DNA of 64,000 nt, taken from contig JBAZJR010000003.1 in assembly GCA_041651195.1 (NCBI GenBank), forward strand, positions 82,441 to 146,440, read 5' to 3'. This stretch comes from Patescibacteria group bacterium. Lineage in GTDB: Bacteria > Patescibacteriota > Patescibacteriia > Patescibacteriales > UBA12465. Position numbers and translations under genes: made by a program. The notes below the pieces were generated by a model. It was not told the DNA's origin. It did not search any database and saw only the letters and a program-made list of their open reading frames with translations. Below are positions 20,831 through 31,200 of the stretch, in pieces (positions within the stretch are counted from its first letter, which is position 1; each line of letters starts with the position of its first letter).

Positions 20831-20862
20831 TAGTATAATAAAGCGGTAATCATAATAATCAT

Positions 20863-21162
20863 ATGGATTTACAAGACATTACTAAGGATATTACCGAACA
20901 GAATAATTATCGGATTGCCCAGCGCATGGAGAAAATGATGCGCGTCAATCCCGGCTACAAGAATCTGAGCGACGCTAACCGCAAGCTTATTTTCGACCTG
21001 ATCAAGAAATATCAGGAGAAAGTGCGCCACGGGATCAAGACTTCGGCCTTGATCGTGCGGGAGGATAAATATCGCCTTTATCAGAATCGTTTCAAGCTCG
21101 GCTTGTCGCCGGCCGATCTGGATCAGATCAATGACTTATTAGATAGTTTTAAAGATTATTAA
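20863..21162 (+). CDS. hypothetical protein
   Basis: 99 aa ORF, CATATG start context, no motif recognised. Confidence 0.4.
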   Translation: MDLQDITKDITEQNNYRIAQRMEKMMRVNPGYKNLSDANRKLIFDLIKKYQEKVRHGIKTSALIVREDKYRLYQNRFKLGLSPADLDQINDLLDSFKDY

Positions 21163-21163
21163 T

Positions 21164-21796
21164 ATGGGCTTAGATATCCTGCCGAAAGGCGGCATCGGCT
21201 TTAAGGCCAGTTCCGGCACCGGCAATTTTAAAGCGAAATTAGATAAGCTGACGCGCAATCAGGGTGGCGAATTCGGCATGCTCCGGAATAACCGGCAGGC
21301 CATCAACGCCGCGATCGCTAAGAAGGCTAGCGCCATTAAGCTCAAGGGAGGATTAAACCGTATGGAACGGAAAAGCGTCCTAGCCGAGATAATGCGGAAC
21401 GATAAGACGATTACGAAGCAGGATAAATATAAAGTAAAAGAGCTTTTGGAGCATTACGCGCGCGATCAGAAAGCCGCAGCGGAGAAAACATTGAAAAAGC
21501 CGGCGGTCAATATGGCTCTGGACGATGCGGAGGCGCCGCCGAAACGCCCGAGTTTCGCCCATGTCAGCAACCCGGATTTCTTTAAAGGAGCGAGTGCTGA
21601 TAATCAGGGACTTGGCCGGGGCTTGGCCGCGCGGAGCGCCATCAATTACAACCGGATGAAGAATCTTGGTTCGGGCGAAGCGGCGCGGAAGCTGCAAGAA
21701 GACGCTTTCGCTAAATTACAGCAGAGTGCCGGCGGCGCTGGACGGCCTGGCCTGGCTCGCGGATCGAGCCTCGGCCCGCTTAAATTATTGAAATAA
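21164..21796 (+). CDS. hypothetical basic protein
   Basis: 210 aa Lys/Arg-rich ORF immediately following the previous one. Confidence 0.4.
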   Translation: MGLDILPKGGIGFKASSGTGNFKAKLDKLTRNQGGEFGMLRNNRQAINAAIAKKASAIKLKGGLNRMERKSVLAEIMRNDKTITKQDKYKVKELLEHYARDQKAAAEKTLKKPAVNMALDDAEAPPKRPSFAHVSNPDFFKGASADNQGLGRGLAARSAINYNRMKNLGSGEAARKLQEDAFAKLQQSAGGAGRPGLARGSSLGPLKLLK

Positions 21797-21799
21797 ATT

Positions 21800-22630
21800 A
21801 TGATCCGTCTTAAGACCACGGAAGAAATCAGAATCATCAGAGAAGGCGGCCGACGTTTGGCCGCTATTTTGACGCGCCTCTTAGCCGAAGTTAAGCCGGG
21901 CGTCCGGACCGATTATCTGGAAGATCTGGCTAACCAGCTGATTACGTCCGCTGGCGGCTATTCCGCTTTCAAGGATTATCCGATGGGCGGTGGCATATTT
22001 TTCCCGTCTACGCTTTGTGTTTCGATCAATGATGAAGTGGTGCATGGTGCCGCCTTGCCGCCTCGTCTTATCCGAGAGGGGGATATTGTCGATCTGGATA
22101 TCGGTATGGAATGGCCGGTGACATCGGCGGCGCGCGCCGCCGTTCAAGCGCCGCTTAATCCCTTTTCTAAACGGGGCGGATTTTTTACGGATATGTGCGC
22201 CACAGTCGGCGCCGGGCCAGTCAGCGCGTCGGCGAAAAAGCTCTTGCAGACGGCGCGGGAATGCTTAGAGCTCGGCATCCAGGCCGCCCAGCCGGGTAAT
22301 ACTTTGAATGATATCGCCCGAGCGGTCCAAGGGCACGCGGAAAAGCGCGGCTATGGCGTGGTGCGCGACCTGGTCGGCCATGGCGTCGGCTACTTTGCCC
22401 ACGAGCAGCCGGACGTCTTTAATTTCGTGATCAAGGAAAAATCTCCGGAAAATTTAGTCCTTAAGCCGGGAATGGTGTTGGCTATAGAACCAATGATCAA
22501 TCTGGGCGATTGGCCGGTTAAAACCGCGGATAATGACTTTACGGTCTTGACGGCCGATGGCAGCCTGAGCGCGCATTTTGAACATACGGTCGCCGTGACT
22601 GAACAGGGTCCGGAAATATTAACGCGATAA
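21800..22630 (+). CDS. map: methionine aminopeptidase type I
   Basis: Pita-bread fold motifs: DLDIG, HGVGY..HE, VLAIEPMI, FEHTV. Confidence 0.9.
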   Translation: MIRLKTTEEIRIIREGGRRLAAILTRLLAEVKPGVRTDYLEDLANQLITSAGGYSAFKDYPMGGGIFFPSTLCVSINDEVVHGAALPPRLIREGDIVDLDIGMEWPVTSAARAAVQAPLNPFSKRGGFFTDMCATVGAGPVSASAKKLLQTARECLELGIQAAQPGNTLNDIARAVQGHAEKRGYGVVRDLVGHGVGYFAHEQPDVFNFVIKEKSPENLVLKPGMVLAIEPMINLGDWPVKTADNDFTVLTADGSLSAHFEHTVAVTEQGPEILTR

Positions 22631-22631
22631 T

Positions 22632-23015
22632 ATGGATAAGATCAAAAAATATCTTGGTATCGATTGGGGAGAAAAACGGATCGGGCTTGCGACCGCGGAC
22701 GAGGAAGTCCGCTTGGCCCTGCCTTTAAAGACCGTCGCCAGCCTGGCGGAAGTCTTAAGCGCGATTAATGAAGAAGAGGCGGATGTCATCGTTTTGGGAG
22801 CGCCGCAAAAAATGAGCGGCGCAGCGGCCGACAATCCGTTGTGGCGGGATTTTTTGTCCCAACTCAAAGAGCGGAGCGGCCGGACAGTCGTCTTGGCCGA
22901 TGAACGTTTGACCAGCCAGGCCGCTGATTCTTTGGAGGGAAGCGCCGCGGAAAAAGCGGAGCGCGACGAGATCGCTGCTACCCTGATTTTGCAGGATTAT
23001 TTAGATCAGAATTAA
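22632..23015 (+). CDS. ruvX: Holliday-junction resolvase-like RuvX/YqgF
   Basis: YLGIDWGEKRIGLATADEEVRLALPL. 127 aa RNase H-like YqgF. Confidence 0.85.
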   Translation: MDKIKKYLGIDWGEKRIGLATADEEVRLALPLKTVASLAEVLSAINEEEADVIVLGAPQKMSGAAADNPLWRDFLSQLKERSGRTVVLADERLTSQAADSLEGSAAEKAERDEIAATLILQDYLDQN

Positions 23016-23016
23016 T

Positions 23017-23760
23017 ATGGACGGAACCAAGAATACGGTTGCCTTGATCTTGAACCGCCAGTTATATCGCGAGCACGATTCGCTCGTGACAGCCTATACG
23101 CCGGATTACGGCAAGCTCAGCCTGGTGGCGCGTGGTGCCCAGAAATTAGGGTCCAAGCTGGCCGGGCACATTGAGCCTTTGACCATGGCCGATATCATGA
23201 TTATCCCCGGTAAGGGTTTTGATTATGTCGGGAGCGCGGTTAGTCGGAACGTCTATACGTCTATCCGCCAGGATTTGAATAAGCTCTATTATGCCGGTCA
23301 AGCTTTGCAGATTTTGCATCAGCGAGTTAAAGAAAATCAGGCGGACGCACCGTTGTTTTTTTTAATATCCGAGTGGCTCGACATCTTGGACGCAAGGACC
23401 TGTTGCCGAGCGGATCAGGGGGAATTGTTACTGTCTTTTTTTATCTGGCGCTTGATGGCGGAATTAGGTTATCAGCCGGAATTATACCGGTGCTTGGATT
23501 GCCATCGGCCGATCAGCCCCGGACAGAATTATTTTCATTTGTTAAAGGGCGGACTGATCTGCCTTAATTGTTTCGAGGCTGAAAAAGGGGCGCCGGATTT
23601 TAATGGTAATTATTTATTGACAATTTCTGATAATTGTGTTAAGATATTGAGATTTATTATGGAAAAAAATTTTTTACAATTGGAAAAGCTGAGAATAGAA
23701 ACAAAATTAGCCAAAGAATCACTTAAATTAGCTAAAAGTTTCCAGAGTTTCCATATCTGA
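23017..23760 (+). CDS. recO: DNA repair protein RecO
   Basis: N-terminal OB fold (ALILNRQLYREHDSLVTAYT..GKLSLVARGA) and CxxC...CxxC zinc finger (CLDCHRP...CLNC). Confidence 0.85.
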   Translation: MDGTKNTVALILNRQLYREHDSLVTAYTPDYGKLSLVARGAQKLGSKLAGHIEPLTMADIMIIPGKGFDYVGSAVSRNVYTSIRQDLNKLYYAGQALQILHQRVKENQADAPLFFLISEWLDILDARTCCRADQGELLLSFFIWRLMAELGYQPELYRCLDCHRPISPGQNYFHLLKGGLICLNCFEAEKGAPDFNGNYLLTISDNCVKILRFIMEKNFLQLEKLRIETKLAKESLKLAKSFQSFHI

Positions 23761-23831
23761 AATATTTTTGTTTTTTAGTTAAAGTATGATATTATCTAAA
23801 CTGTAACGCTATCATTAAGTTTAGAGATTAT

Positions 23832-24008
23832 ATGACTCCTCCTAAGAATATAAGACAATCATTACGGGAAATAGAGCGTATTTTTCAGGCGACCATGAAG
23901 AAGATAGACAGCCTGCATCAGGAAAAGATGGCGCTGATTAAGCATTATTATGATTTAGAGAGCAAGGAAAGCTTAGAAAAAATAAGGCGGCATATTAAGA
24001 AGGACTGA
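23832..24008 (+). CDS. small hypothetical protein (58 aa)
   Basis: Short ORF below ORF-track threshold. Ends directly at a strong terminator hairpin. Confidence 0.3.
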   Translation: MTPPKNIRQSLREIERIFQATMKKIDSLHQEKMALIKHYYDLESKESLEKIRRHIKKD

Positions 24009-24031
24009 CCTGGTCGGTCCTTTTTATTTTT
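24002..24031 (+). terminator. rho-independent terminator
   Basis: GGACTGA-CCTGG-TCGGTCC stem followed by TTTTTATTTTT. Confidence 0.6.
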
Positions 24032-24048
24032 AAATCGCCATCAATTTT

Positions 24049-24393
24049 ATGTTCAACCCATTTTCGCACCAATCGGCTGGCGCAGACTCTTTAGAAAATT
24101 TAGCCGAAGAAGTTATCAAGCAGTCCGGCTTAGAAGGCTTGCCGGCCGGTGATCACAAATTTCTCAAAGATAATCTGATCGCCCAATTGGAAAGACGTCT
24201 GGGGCAGATAATGGCCGCTAATTTAGGTGAAGACGGCCTGGCTGATTATGAGCAATTGCTAGCCGAAGGACCGACCGCGGATCCGGCAAAGTTTGAAGCT
24301 CTGATGAATAAATATTCACCAAACTACCAGGCTAAGGTTAAGGCCGGCTTGGATGAGTTTATTCCGCAAATGGTGGAGAGTTTGAGGAAATAG
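24049..24393 (+). CDS. hypothetical protein
   Basis: 114 aa ORF, no motif. Confidence 0.4.
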   Translation: MFNPFSHQSAGADSLENLAEEVIKQSGLEGLPAGDHKFLKDNLIAQLERRLGQIMAANLGEDGLADYEQLLAEGPTADPAKFEALMNKYSPNYQAKVKAGLDEFIPQMVESLRK

Positions 24394-24420
24394 CTTCTTA
24401 CTTATTTAAATTACAAACAT

Positions 24421-27400
24421 ATGACTGGAATAATAGAGAATAAAGGTCATAAGCTTGACAGCGAAAAAGCGGCCGAACTTATTCAGCAGTCTGCCGAAGT
24501 TGAGAATGTCGAAATGCCGGAAAGCTTGGAGCAGACAGCCCAGAAAAAAATAGACGACATTAATCAGACAGCTCTTAGTCAAGAAAAAATAGAAGATCAG
24601 GCTTCCGGGGGAATCTCGTCGCCGGATTTTTCGCCGGCGGCTGAAAAAATCGACGCTCAGCGGGTTGCCGCTATTACCGTTGGCACCGAAAATATAGAAT
24701 CGGTTGCCCAGGGCAATAGTCCTCTTTCGGCAGAAACAGCTAAAAAAGAACCTGAGCCGAAAAAAGTGACAGAATCCCAGTTGAAGTCTGATTTGGAGGC
24801 AATCAAAGATTATCATAATCAGATTAAAGAATTAACCAGCAAGAAACGCGGCAATTACCAAAAAGATAAGATTATTGTGGATCAGATTCACACAATCAAA
24901 GGCAAGCTAGAGGCAGAGTTCGGTTTGGATAAGTATTCGCCCTCTTTCAATGTCATGAGCAAGGCCTATCAGGAAAATATCAATGTAATTCCCGATGAGC
25001 CAGAATCAGGACCGGTCGCAACAGCCGACTCGCTGTCTAAGATGGGCCGGCAAGATTTGGAAAATATCAAGATCAAAGAAGGGAAAATCCAGGGAGTCGA
25101 GTATAAAGAATTAAAATATGCCCGAGAGAATTTACAAGAGGAATTATCATCCTTGGTAGAATCATTAGTATCAACAAAAATAAATAATGATTTTGAAGGC
25201 AGAATAGAGGCTTTGGCTAATAAGACCGGTTTGAGCCCGGAAGCCCTCAGAGAGATCTGCCAGGATCAGGAAGCAGCTATTGTTGCTGAAGCCAAAGGAG
25301 AATTAAGCAAGAACAGCGGTTTTTGGAAAAAGGCAGCTAATATAGGAATCACCTCTTCGGTTTATATCGGCGCCGGTATATTAGCCGGGACTTCAATCGC
25401 CGCGACTTTGGGTCTCGGCGGCTTGGCCGGCATGTCGATAATCGGCGGAGCCAGAATCGTCGATCGCTCAATTCGCGAATATATCGGAAAGAATAAGCTC
25501 GATAAAAAAGTAGCGGAAATAAAAGGCTATAAGACCGAGGCGGACAAGACAGCTTTGCAGGATCGTCTGGCCGCAGCCATCAGCTTGAAGAAGACTCTGG
25601 AGATAGATCGGGTCGACTTGAAAGATCAGGAAGCGCGCGCCAAGCTTATTGATAATTATATTGATGAACAAGCCGCGGCCGGCCTGTCGCCGGTCCAGCC
25701 AGAAGAACTAGCCGGCTATAAGGAGAAGATGGCCAGGATACTTAACGGTTTAGACGATATTGATCGTCTAAATGATCAGCAGGAGCAAAAGCTTAATAAA
25801 TCAGGTATATTAGGCAAGCTCCAAAAGGTTGAAAAATTTATTTCCGGCGATTCCGCGGCCGGTCGAACCAGTACCGCCGCCGTCTTTGTCGGCTTAGGCT
25901 TTGTTGCCAGACAGGTCCCGATAGTGCGCCAAGTATTGGCCGGTTATGCCGGTTATCGTTTCGGCGCAGTGATAGGTGATTCGATTTTGGACAGGAAGAA
26001 AAAAGGTTTGGCGGAAAATACAGACGGGGCAGTCACGGCTGAAAATTATGCGACGCTGCGTCAGCGGTTGCTGGATCAGGATTTCCAGAAGAGCAAGCCG
26101 GAAGAATTCATTAAATTGCGGCAGGCAGTAGCGGCTTTTGAAGATCAACAAGCGACATCGGCCGATGGGCATAAGTTGTCTGAATTAAATGAACAGCTGC
26201 AAGATGGACTGCTTAAGAGTCAGGAAAAGAGCGCCTACAAGAAGCTCAAGAAATTCGCTTTCCGGGCCGGCGGCGCCGTCTTGGGCGCCATAGGCGGGGA
26301 AGCCTTGCATGATGTATTAAGCCATAAGCCGACGGCTGGCGGCGGCAATATGGTTGAAACCGCCAACGCTAAGGGGAGTCTTAAGGGAGTGAGCGTTGAT
26401 GATATCCTCAGCCGCGGACAAAAAGGGGTTATAGAGACGGTGCGCATGGATGAGGCTGTTGCTGATGCCTCTAGTTCTAAAGGCAGCGTAGATGTCGATG
26501 AGATGTTGGCGCGCAGCCAGCAAAGTGATTACGTATCTCCAGAAAATAATATTCCCAGCAGCGATAAATCGCATTTATTCGAAGATGTTGTGTCCAATAA
26601 GGATCTTAAACCTGGCCAGCATGATTCGCTTTGGCGTTCCACTGAACAGATTTTCAAGAATCATGCCTCGGAGCTGGGCTATAAAGGTGATATGAGCGAC
26701 AAAACCGCTCTGGAACACTGGGCGCAGGGTCAGACGGCCAAGACCTTAAATAATTCCGGTGATCTGTTGGACAAGGTTTATGAGGGTAATAAGATAATTA
26801 TAGAACAAGATGAAACCGGCAATTATCGTATTCATGTTGAACAAGGGGAAGGTCTTGAACCTGGTCATTTGGAACATCCGGTTAAATCCGGTGGCGCGAA
26901 TTTAGATGAAAATATGGTAAAAGGCAGCTCTAAATATGACGCTGAAGAAATCGCTAGGAATTTGAAAGATAGAGCTTTCGATCCAAGCGGCCGAAACCCG
27001 TATGATATTAATACCGGCCTCCATCATGATCCGATGGCGGTAGAAGCGGGAAGCGCCGATTCGGGGACTCATGATCTTGGCGACGAGCTACATGAAATGA
27101 ATAAAACCCTGCATGGCCAGACCGATATCAAATCTCCGCTTTATCCCGATCCTTTCTCCTTTTCTGCCGAGCAAGCCGTCCATCCGGTTGAGCATCCTTC
27201 CCCACACGTTGATCATTCTGTCTCTGGCGGGAAGGGGACAGAGTCTGATATTAAGGTAGATAAGCCGGTCGAGGTCATACCGCCCAAGAATCAGTCGCTA
27301 GTAGAGAATTTAGAAGGATCCGGTGGCGGCAATAAGACTATTGATTCTATTGCGGCGCTGAAAGATATGCCTAATGGCGCGAAGATACCGGTCGGCGAGC

Positions 27401-27678
27401 TGACTCTAGTTAAGCAGGATAATCGTTATAATTTTACTAATGCCCAAGGAGAGACGATTAAGATGACTATCAATAAATTTGGCGGATTCGGCCAGAATGA
27501 TAGATTTGGCATCATCAGAGATGGCCGCATTTTAGATGGCAAATTATTGTCTGAGGCAATCCCTCTCAAACAGACGATTTATAATAATCTGCCTGATAAG
27601 CAATCGGCTTTAGCTAAGGAATTGCTGGAGGAGATAGCTAAAAATAAGGAAGAGGTAGAATTTTTATCAGGATTTTAA
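24421..27678 (+). CDS. giant hypothetical coiled-coil/membrane protein (1085 aa)
   Basis: Long ORF. Gly/Ala-rich hydrophobic segments (GITSSVYIGAGILAGTSIAATLGLGGLAGMSIIGG; AAVFVGLGFVARQVPIV) embedded in charged coiled-coil-like sequence. Confidence 0.65.
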   Translation: MTGIIENKGHKLDSEKAAELIQQSAEVENVEMPESLEQTAQKKIDDINQTALSQEKIEDQASGGISSPDFSPAAEKIDAQRVAAITVGTENIESVAQGNSPLSAETAKKEPEPKKVTESQLKSDLEAIKDYHNQIKELTSKKRGNYQKDKIIVDQIHTIKGKLEAEFGLDKYSPSFNVMSKAYQENINVIPDEPESGPVATADSLSKMGRQDLENIKIKEGKIQGVEYKELKYARENLQEELSSLVESLVSTKINNDFEGRIEALANKTGLSPEALREICQDQEAAIVAEAKGELSKNSGFWKKAANIGITSSVYIGAGILAGTSIAATLGLGGLAGMSIIGGARIVDRSIREYIGKNKLDKKVAEIKGYKTEADKTALQDRLAAAISLKKTLEIDRVDLKDQEARAKLIDNYIDEQAAAGLSPVQPEELAGYKEKMARILNGLDDIDRLNDQQEQKLNKSGILGKLQKVEKFISGDSAAGRTSTAAVFVGLGFVARQVPIVRQVLAGYAGYRFGAVIGDSILDRKKKGLAENTDGAVTAENYATLRQRLLDQDFQKSKPEEFIKLRQAVAAFEDQQATSADGHKLSELNEQLQDGLLKSQEKSAYKKLKKFAFRAGGAVLGAIGGEALHDVLSHKPTAGGGNMVETANAKGSLKGVSVDDILSRGQKGVIETVRMDEAVADASSSKGSVDVDEMLARSQQSDYVSPENNIPSSDKSHLFEDVVSNKDLKPGQHDSLWRSTEQIFKNHASELGYKGDMSDKTALEHWAQGQTAKTLNNSGDLLDKVYEGNKIIIEQDETGNYRIHVEQGEGLEPGHLEHPVKSGGANLDENMVKGSSKYDAEEIARNLKDRAFDPSGRNPYDINTGLHHDPMAVEAGSADSGTHDLGDELHEMNKTLHGQTDIKSPLYPDPFSFSAEQAVHPVEHPSPHVDHSVSGGKGTESDIKVDKPVEVIPPKNQSLVENLEGSGGGNKTIDSIAALKDMPNGAKIPVGELTLVKQDNRYNFTNAQGETIKMTINKFGGFGQNDRFGIIRDGRILDGKLLSEAIPLKQTIYNNLPDKQSALAKELLEEIAKNKEEVEFLSGF

Positions 27679-27764
27679 TTTCTGATTATTAAGCCGCTGT
27701 GCTATAATAATTAAGAATATAATTAAGTAAATTTTTCGATCCAAAGGACGAAAATATTATCAAT

Positions 27765-28073
27765 ATGACTAACAATAACTTTTCTCCGTCGCTAGAGCAG
27801 TTCGTTAGCCGTTTGTTGGAAGAAAAAAAACTGGTGAGTCTAGAGCTGGAGGTCCTTAAGCAGGCTAAAGAGGATCTCTTAAGCAAGGCTGAGGATAAAG
27901 TTAAGGCGGCGATTTTTGATAATATCCCAGGAGATAAATTAGAGGAGTTCAGCCGTGTGATGGAAGCGAATGATGAGGCGAAATTACAGTCTTTTATCCA
28001 GGCGGCCGTACCCAATTTGGAGCAGGTAGTCGCCCAAGCCTTGCTGGAATTCCGTACCGCCTATTTAGGCTAA
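27765..28073 (+). CDS. hypothetical protein
   Basis: 102 aa ORF, helical/charged. Confidence 0.35.
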   Translation: MTNNNFSPSLEQFVSRLLEEKKLVSLELEVLKQAKEDLLSKAEDKVKAAIFDNIPGDKLEEFSRVMEANDEAKLQSFIQAAVPNLEQVVAQALLEFRTAYLG

Positions 28074-28299
28074 GCGCCGTATGCCTTTATCAAATAGTGA
28101 TAAAATTAAATTAATTAACGATATCTATCGGGATTTTTCATCTAAAGTCCGATCGATCGAGGCGGAACGCGATCAGAAGATAAATTCGCTCCTCCGGGAC
28201 GACGACCAAGCTCAGATCGCGCAAATTAGGCGTGATTTATCGATAAAGATCAAAGATTAGTCCGGTCCCCTAGTTTAGCACCGGATTTTATTTAAATAT

Positions 28300-31200
28300 A
28301 TGTCAAAATTTTACTCTGGCTTAAAAAAGTTTTTTAACCTAAAGGAAGACGCTCAGAAGCAAAGGGCGACTGAAATAGAAGTCGAGCCGAGCCAACCGGC
28401 AGTGGAGGAAAAGCTAGTCGAGACCGAAATGAAAATCAAGAGCCAGGAATTATCTCCAGCCGCTATTGATATTCAGGGATTATCTGATGATAAGAAGCCG
28501 ATTGTCGCGGCGACGCTAGGTCGAGCGGATTCGGAGCTTGTCGCCGCCAAGCAGGATTCTTTAGGTAGTCTGTCCGAGATTAAAAAATTAAGTTTTACAG
28601 CCGGCGTAGTAGATACTTCAGATATTTTACGGAGTCGAGCCTATCGGGTAGCTTCGGAACAGATGACGGCTGAGAAAGGCGAGCTGAAAGGCTTCAAAGG
28701 TATCCTGAAGAAGATCTGGAAGTATAATTATGCGGAAAATTATTTGCACGGCAAAGCTCGGGTAGAAATAAAGAAAAAGATGGTCGAAAGCGATAATCTG
28801 TATATTGGCGAGAAGCTGAGCCCGTCCGAGCAGGCGGCCGCTAATGCCGATTTCCAGGCCGCGACTCTGTCCCGCTTCACTTCCGAGATCAAGGAAATGG
28901 TCGAAGAAAATCTGGGAGAAAAGAAAGAGGAGCTTAAGGATAGCCCGGAAACCAAGAAGATAAAAAGTGACCTAAAAAAGATCATTAACGATTATGCGGA
29001 CGGCCGCTTGGATCAGGCGGGATTCGAAGGCGCGAAGCGGACTATTTTTGCCGCGATTGAGGGCAGCCAAGACCAGACTACGATCAAGAAGAGCGAGATG
29101 TATGTCGATAATTTCTTGGCAATCGCCGTGCAAGTTAAAGAGATCAAAGACAATATCCGCTTGGCCGCCGACCACCAGGCGAAACTAGCCCAGTTTGATT
29201 TTGATATTAATTTGGTCTTGGGAAAAGCAAAAGAGGGGGTCAAGACCGAAACCCATTATAATCTAGCGGAAAGGACCGTGGAAAGATTGCGCCAGACAAA
29301 GTTAGGTAGTCTAGTCAATGAGACGACTTTAGCGGCGGCCGTCGGCCTGACCTATTCGGCCGGCTCCTTCGTGTCCCAGCGCGTGATCCGTTCCAAAGCT
29401 TTAGCGATCGGCACCTTAGGCTTAGCGGCCGGCGTGTCTGGCGCTTATGCCGGCGTCAAGGAAAGCCAGATGCAGAAGCGGGAGCGGCAGACTTTAGAGG
29501 CGCGCACGGCGATTCAGACCTTGAATATCCAAGTAGAAAAAAATCGTCTCGCTAGCGAAATAACAGCTCTAGAAAGCGCCCGACAGAGCTCTAGCAATCC
29601 CAAGGAGCTACAAAAGATCAAGAAGAGCATCAAGGCTTTAGAGCAGGAGCAGGAAAAACTAGAGTCTCAGGAAAAGTTTCTGTACGAGAAGGTTACGGCG
29701 AATGAATTAAATGCTAATTTGGACAAAGCTTTAGAAAAACAACTGCAATCCGCTCCAGAAGTAGACGCGCTTTTAGATAATTTAGCTGATATTGAGGCGC
29801 GCTTGGAACTTTCCAATGAACGGAAGATAGATTTGATCAGCTATTCCAGCCTGACCAGCGTGGAAAAGGAGCGGCAGAAATTACTTCAGTCCAAATGGCA
29901 GGCGAAACAGAAGTTAGCCAGCTTGCCAGCGGGTATCGCTCAGGATTGGGAGAAACGGCTGAAAGATCTGACGACTCTGCATCGCGGCGCGCTCTTGGAC
30001 GATGAAAAAGGCGGCATCAAACAGAAAGATAAGGAATTCAATAAGCATAAGAACAAGGAAGTTTTTAAGAAAGTAACGCAGAACCTGATTATCGGCTTGA
30101 CGGTCGGCGCTGCGGCGCAGGAAGGCTTTGCTCTCTTGAGCGATAAGCAGGAAGGCCTGGTCGAGAATCTGATCAAAGGCAATGACCGGGCGATCGGCAG
30201 CCGTGATACGGCGTTAGAAACTTTAAAGAATTTTATCACCGGTAACGCCAGTGCCGGCAAGTTGCACGAAATAGCTATCGATAATGGCCTGATCAAGATG
30301 CCGGCTAATTGTAATTGGCTGCCTAATCCGGACGGCTCTTTCAATCTCGTGCGCGGATCAGAGGTTTTAGCCGAACACCTAACAGTCAATCCGGACGGAT
30401 CCTTGACTGAAGAAGCGAAAGGCGTCTTGGCAGCAGAAAATATTCAGGCCAATGTTAGCCAGTATGTGATCCAACCGGGCGAGACGGTGACCGCGGCCAC
30501 CCAGACCGGGCCAGCCGACTATATTGCTAAGCATCCCGAGAGCTTTAAGCAGGTCAGCCGCGAGTTATGGTATGCCAATGACACCCCGATGTATATGGGC
30601 GAGGATGGCAAGCTGCATGGCGCGGATTTGAACGAATTGCGGGAACAATGGGGCGGCGATCGCGGCTCGGGCATCAACCTGAAGACTAATAGCTATGAAA
30701 TGACGGCTTTCAAGATGACGCCGGACGGCTCATTCGAAACCGTGGGCGGCACTAAATTGAGCGAGAACGCCGCGGAGCTTATCAAGGAAGGGAAGATGAA
30801 ATTCCTATTCTCCCTATCTGACGGCACTCAGGATCAGGTCATTGAAATCCCAGTCGATCCGGCGACCGGCAAAATCAGCGTGGAGCGCGAGAGCGACCTG
30901 GGCAGGCTATTGTTCGGTGAAAAGGACGGGCGCGCCGTCCTGAAGGCACGCTTTTCCGAGGTAGCAGTTTCCGCTGGCTTGGGCAAGGATGGAGTCGAGA
31001 AAGTACATGTTTTCGCGACTGCGGTTGGTGAGGGTCTAAAGGAGATTGATGAGAGCGTCGTGACTAATGTGCCGCCGCACATGGGGACGGCGACCGCATT
31101 AGACATCCCGCGAGAAACAGATCTGCCGCCCTTTGTCCCGATCGGCTGGCGGAAGCCTTTGGAGCCGGTAAAGAAGAAAACAAAACCAGGAGTGCCGCCG

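Noticed and set aside
23373-23567. 64-aa plus-strand ORF inside recO in another frame
   Set aside because: Internal out-of-frame ORF of a confidently assigned gene.
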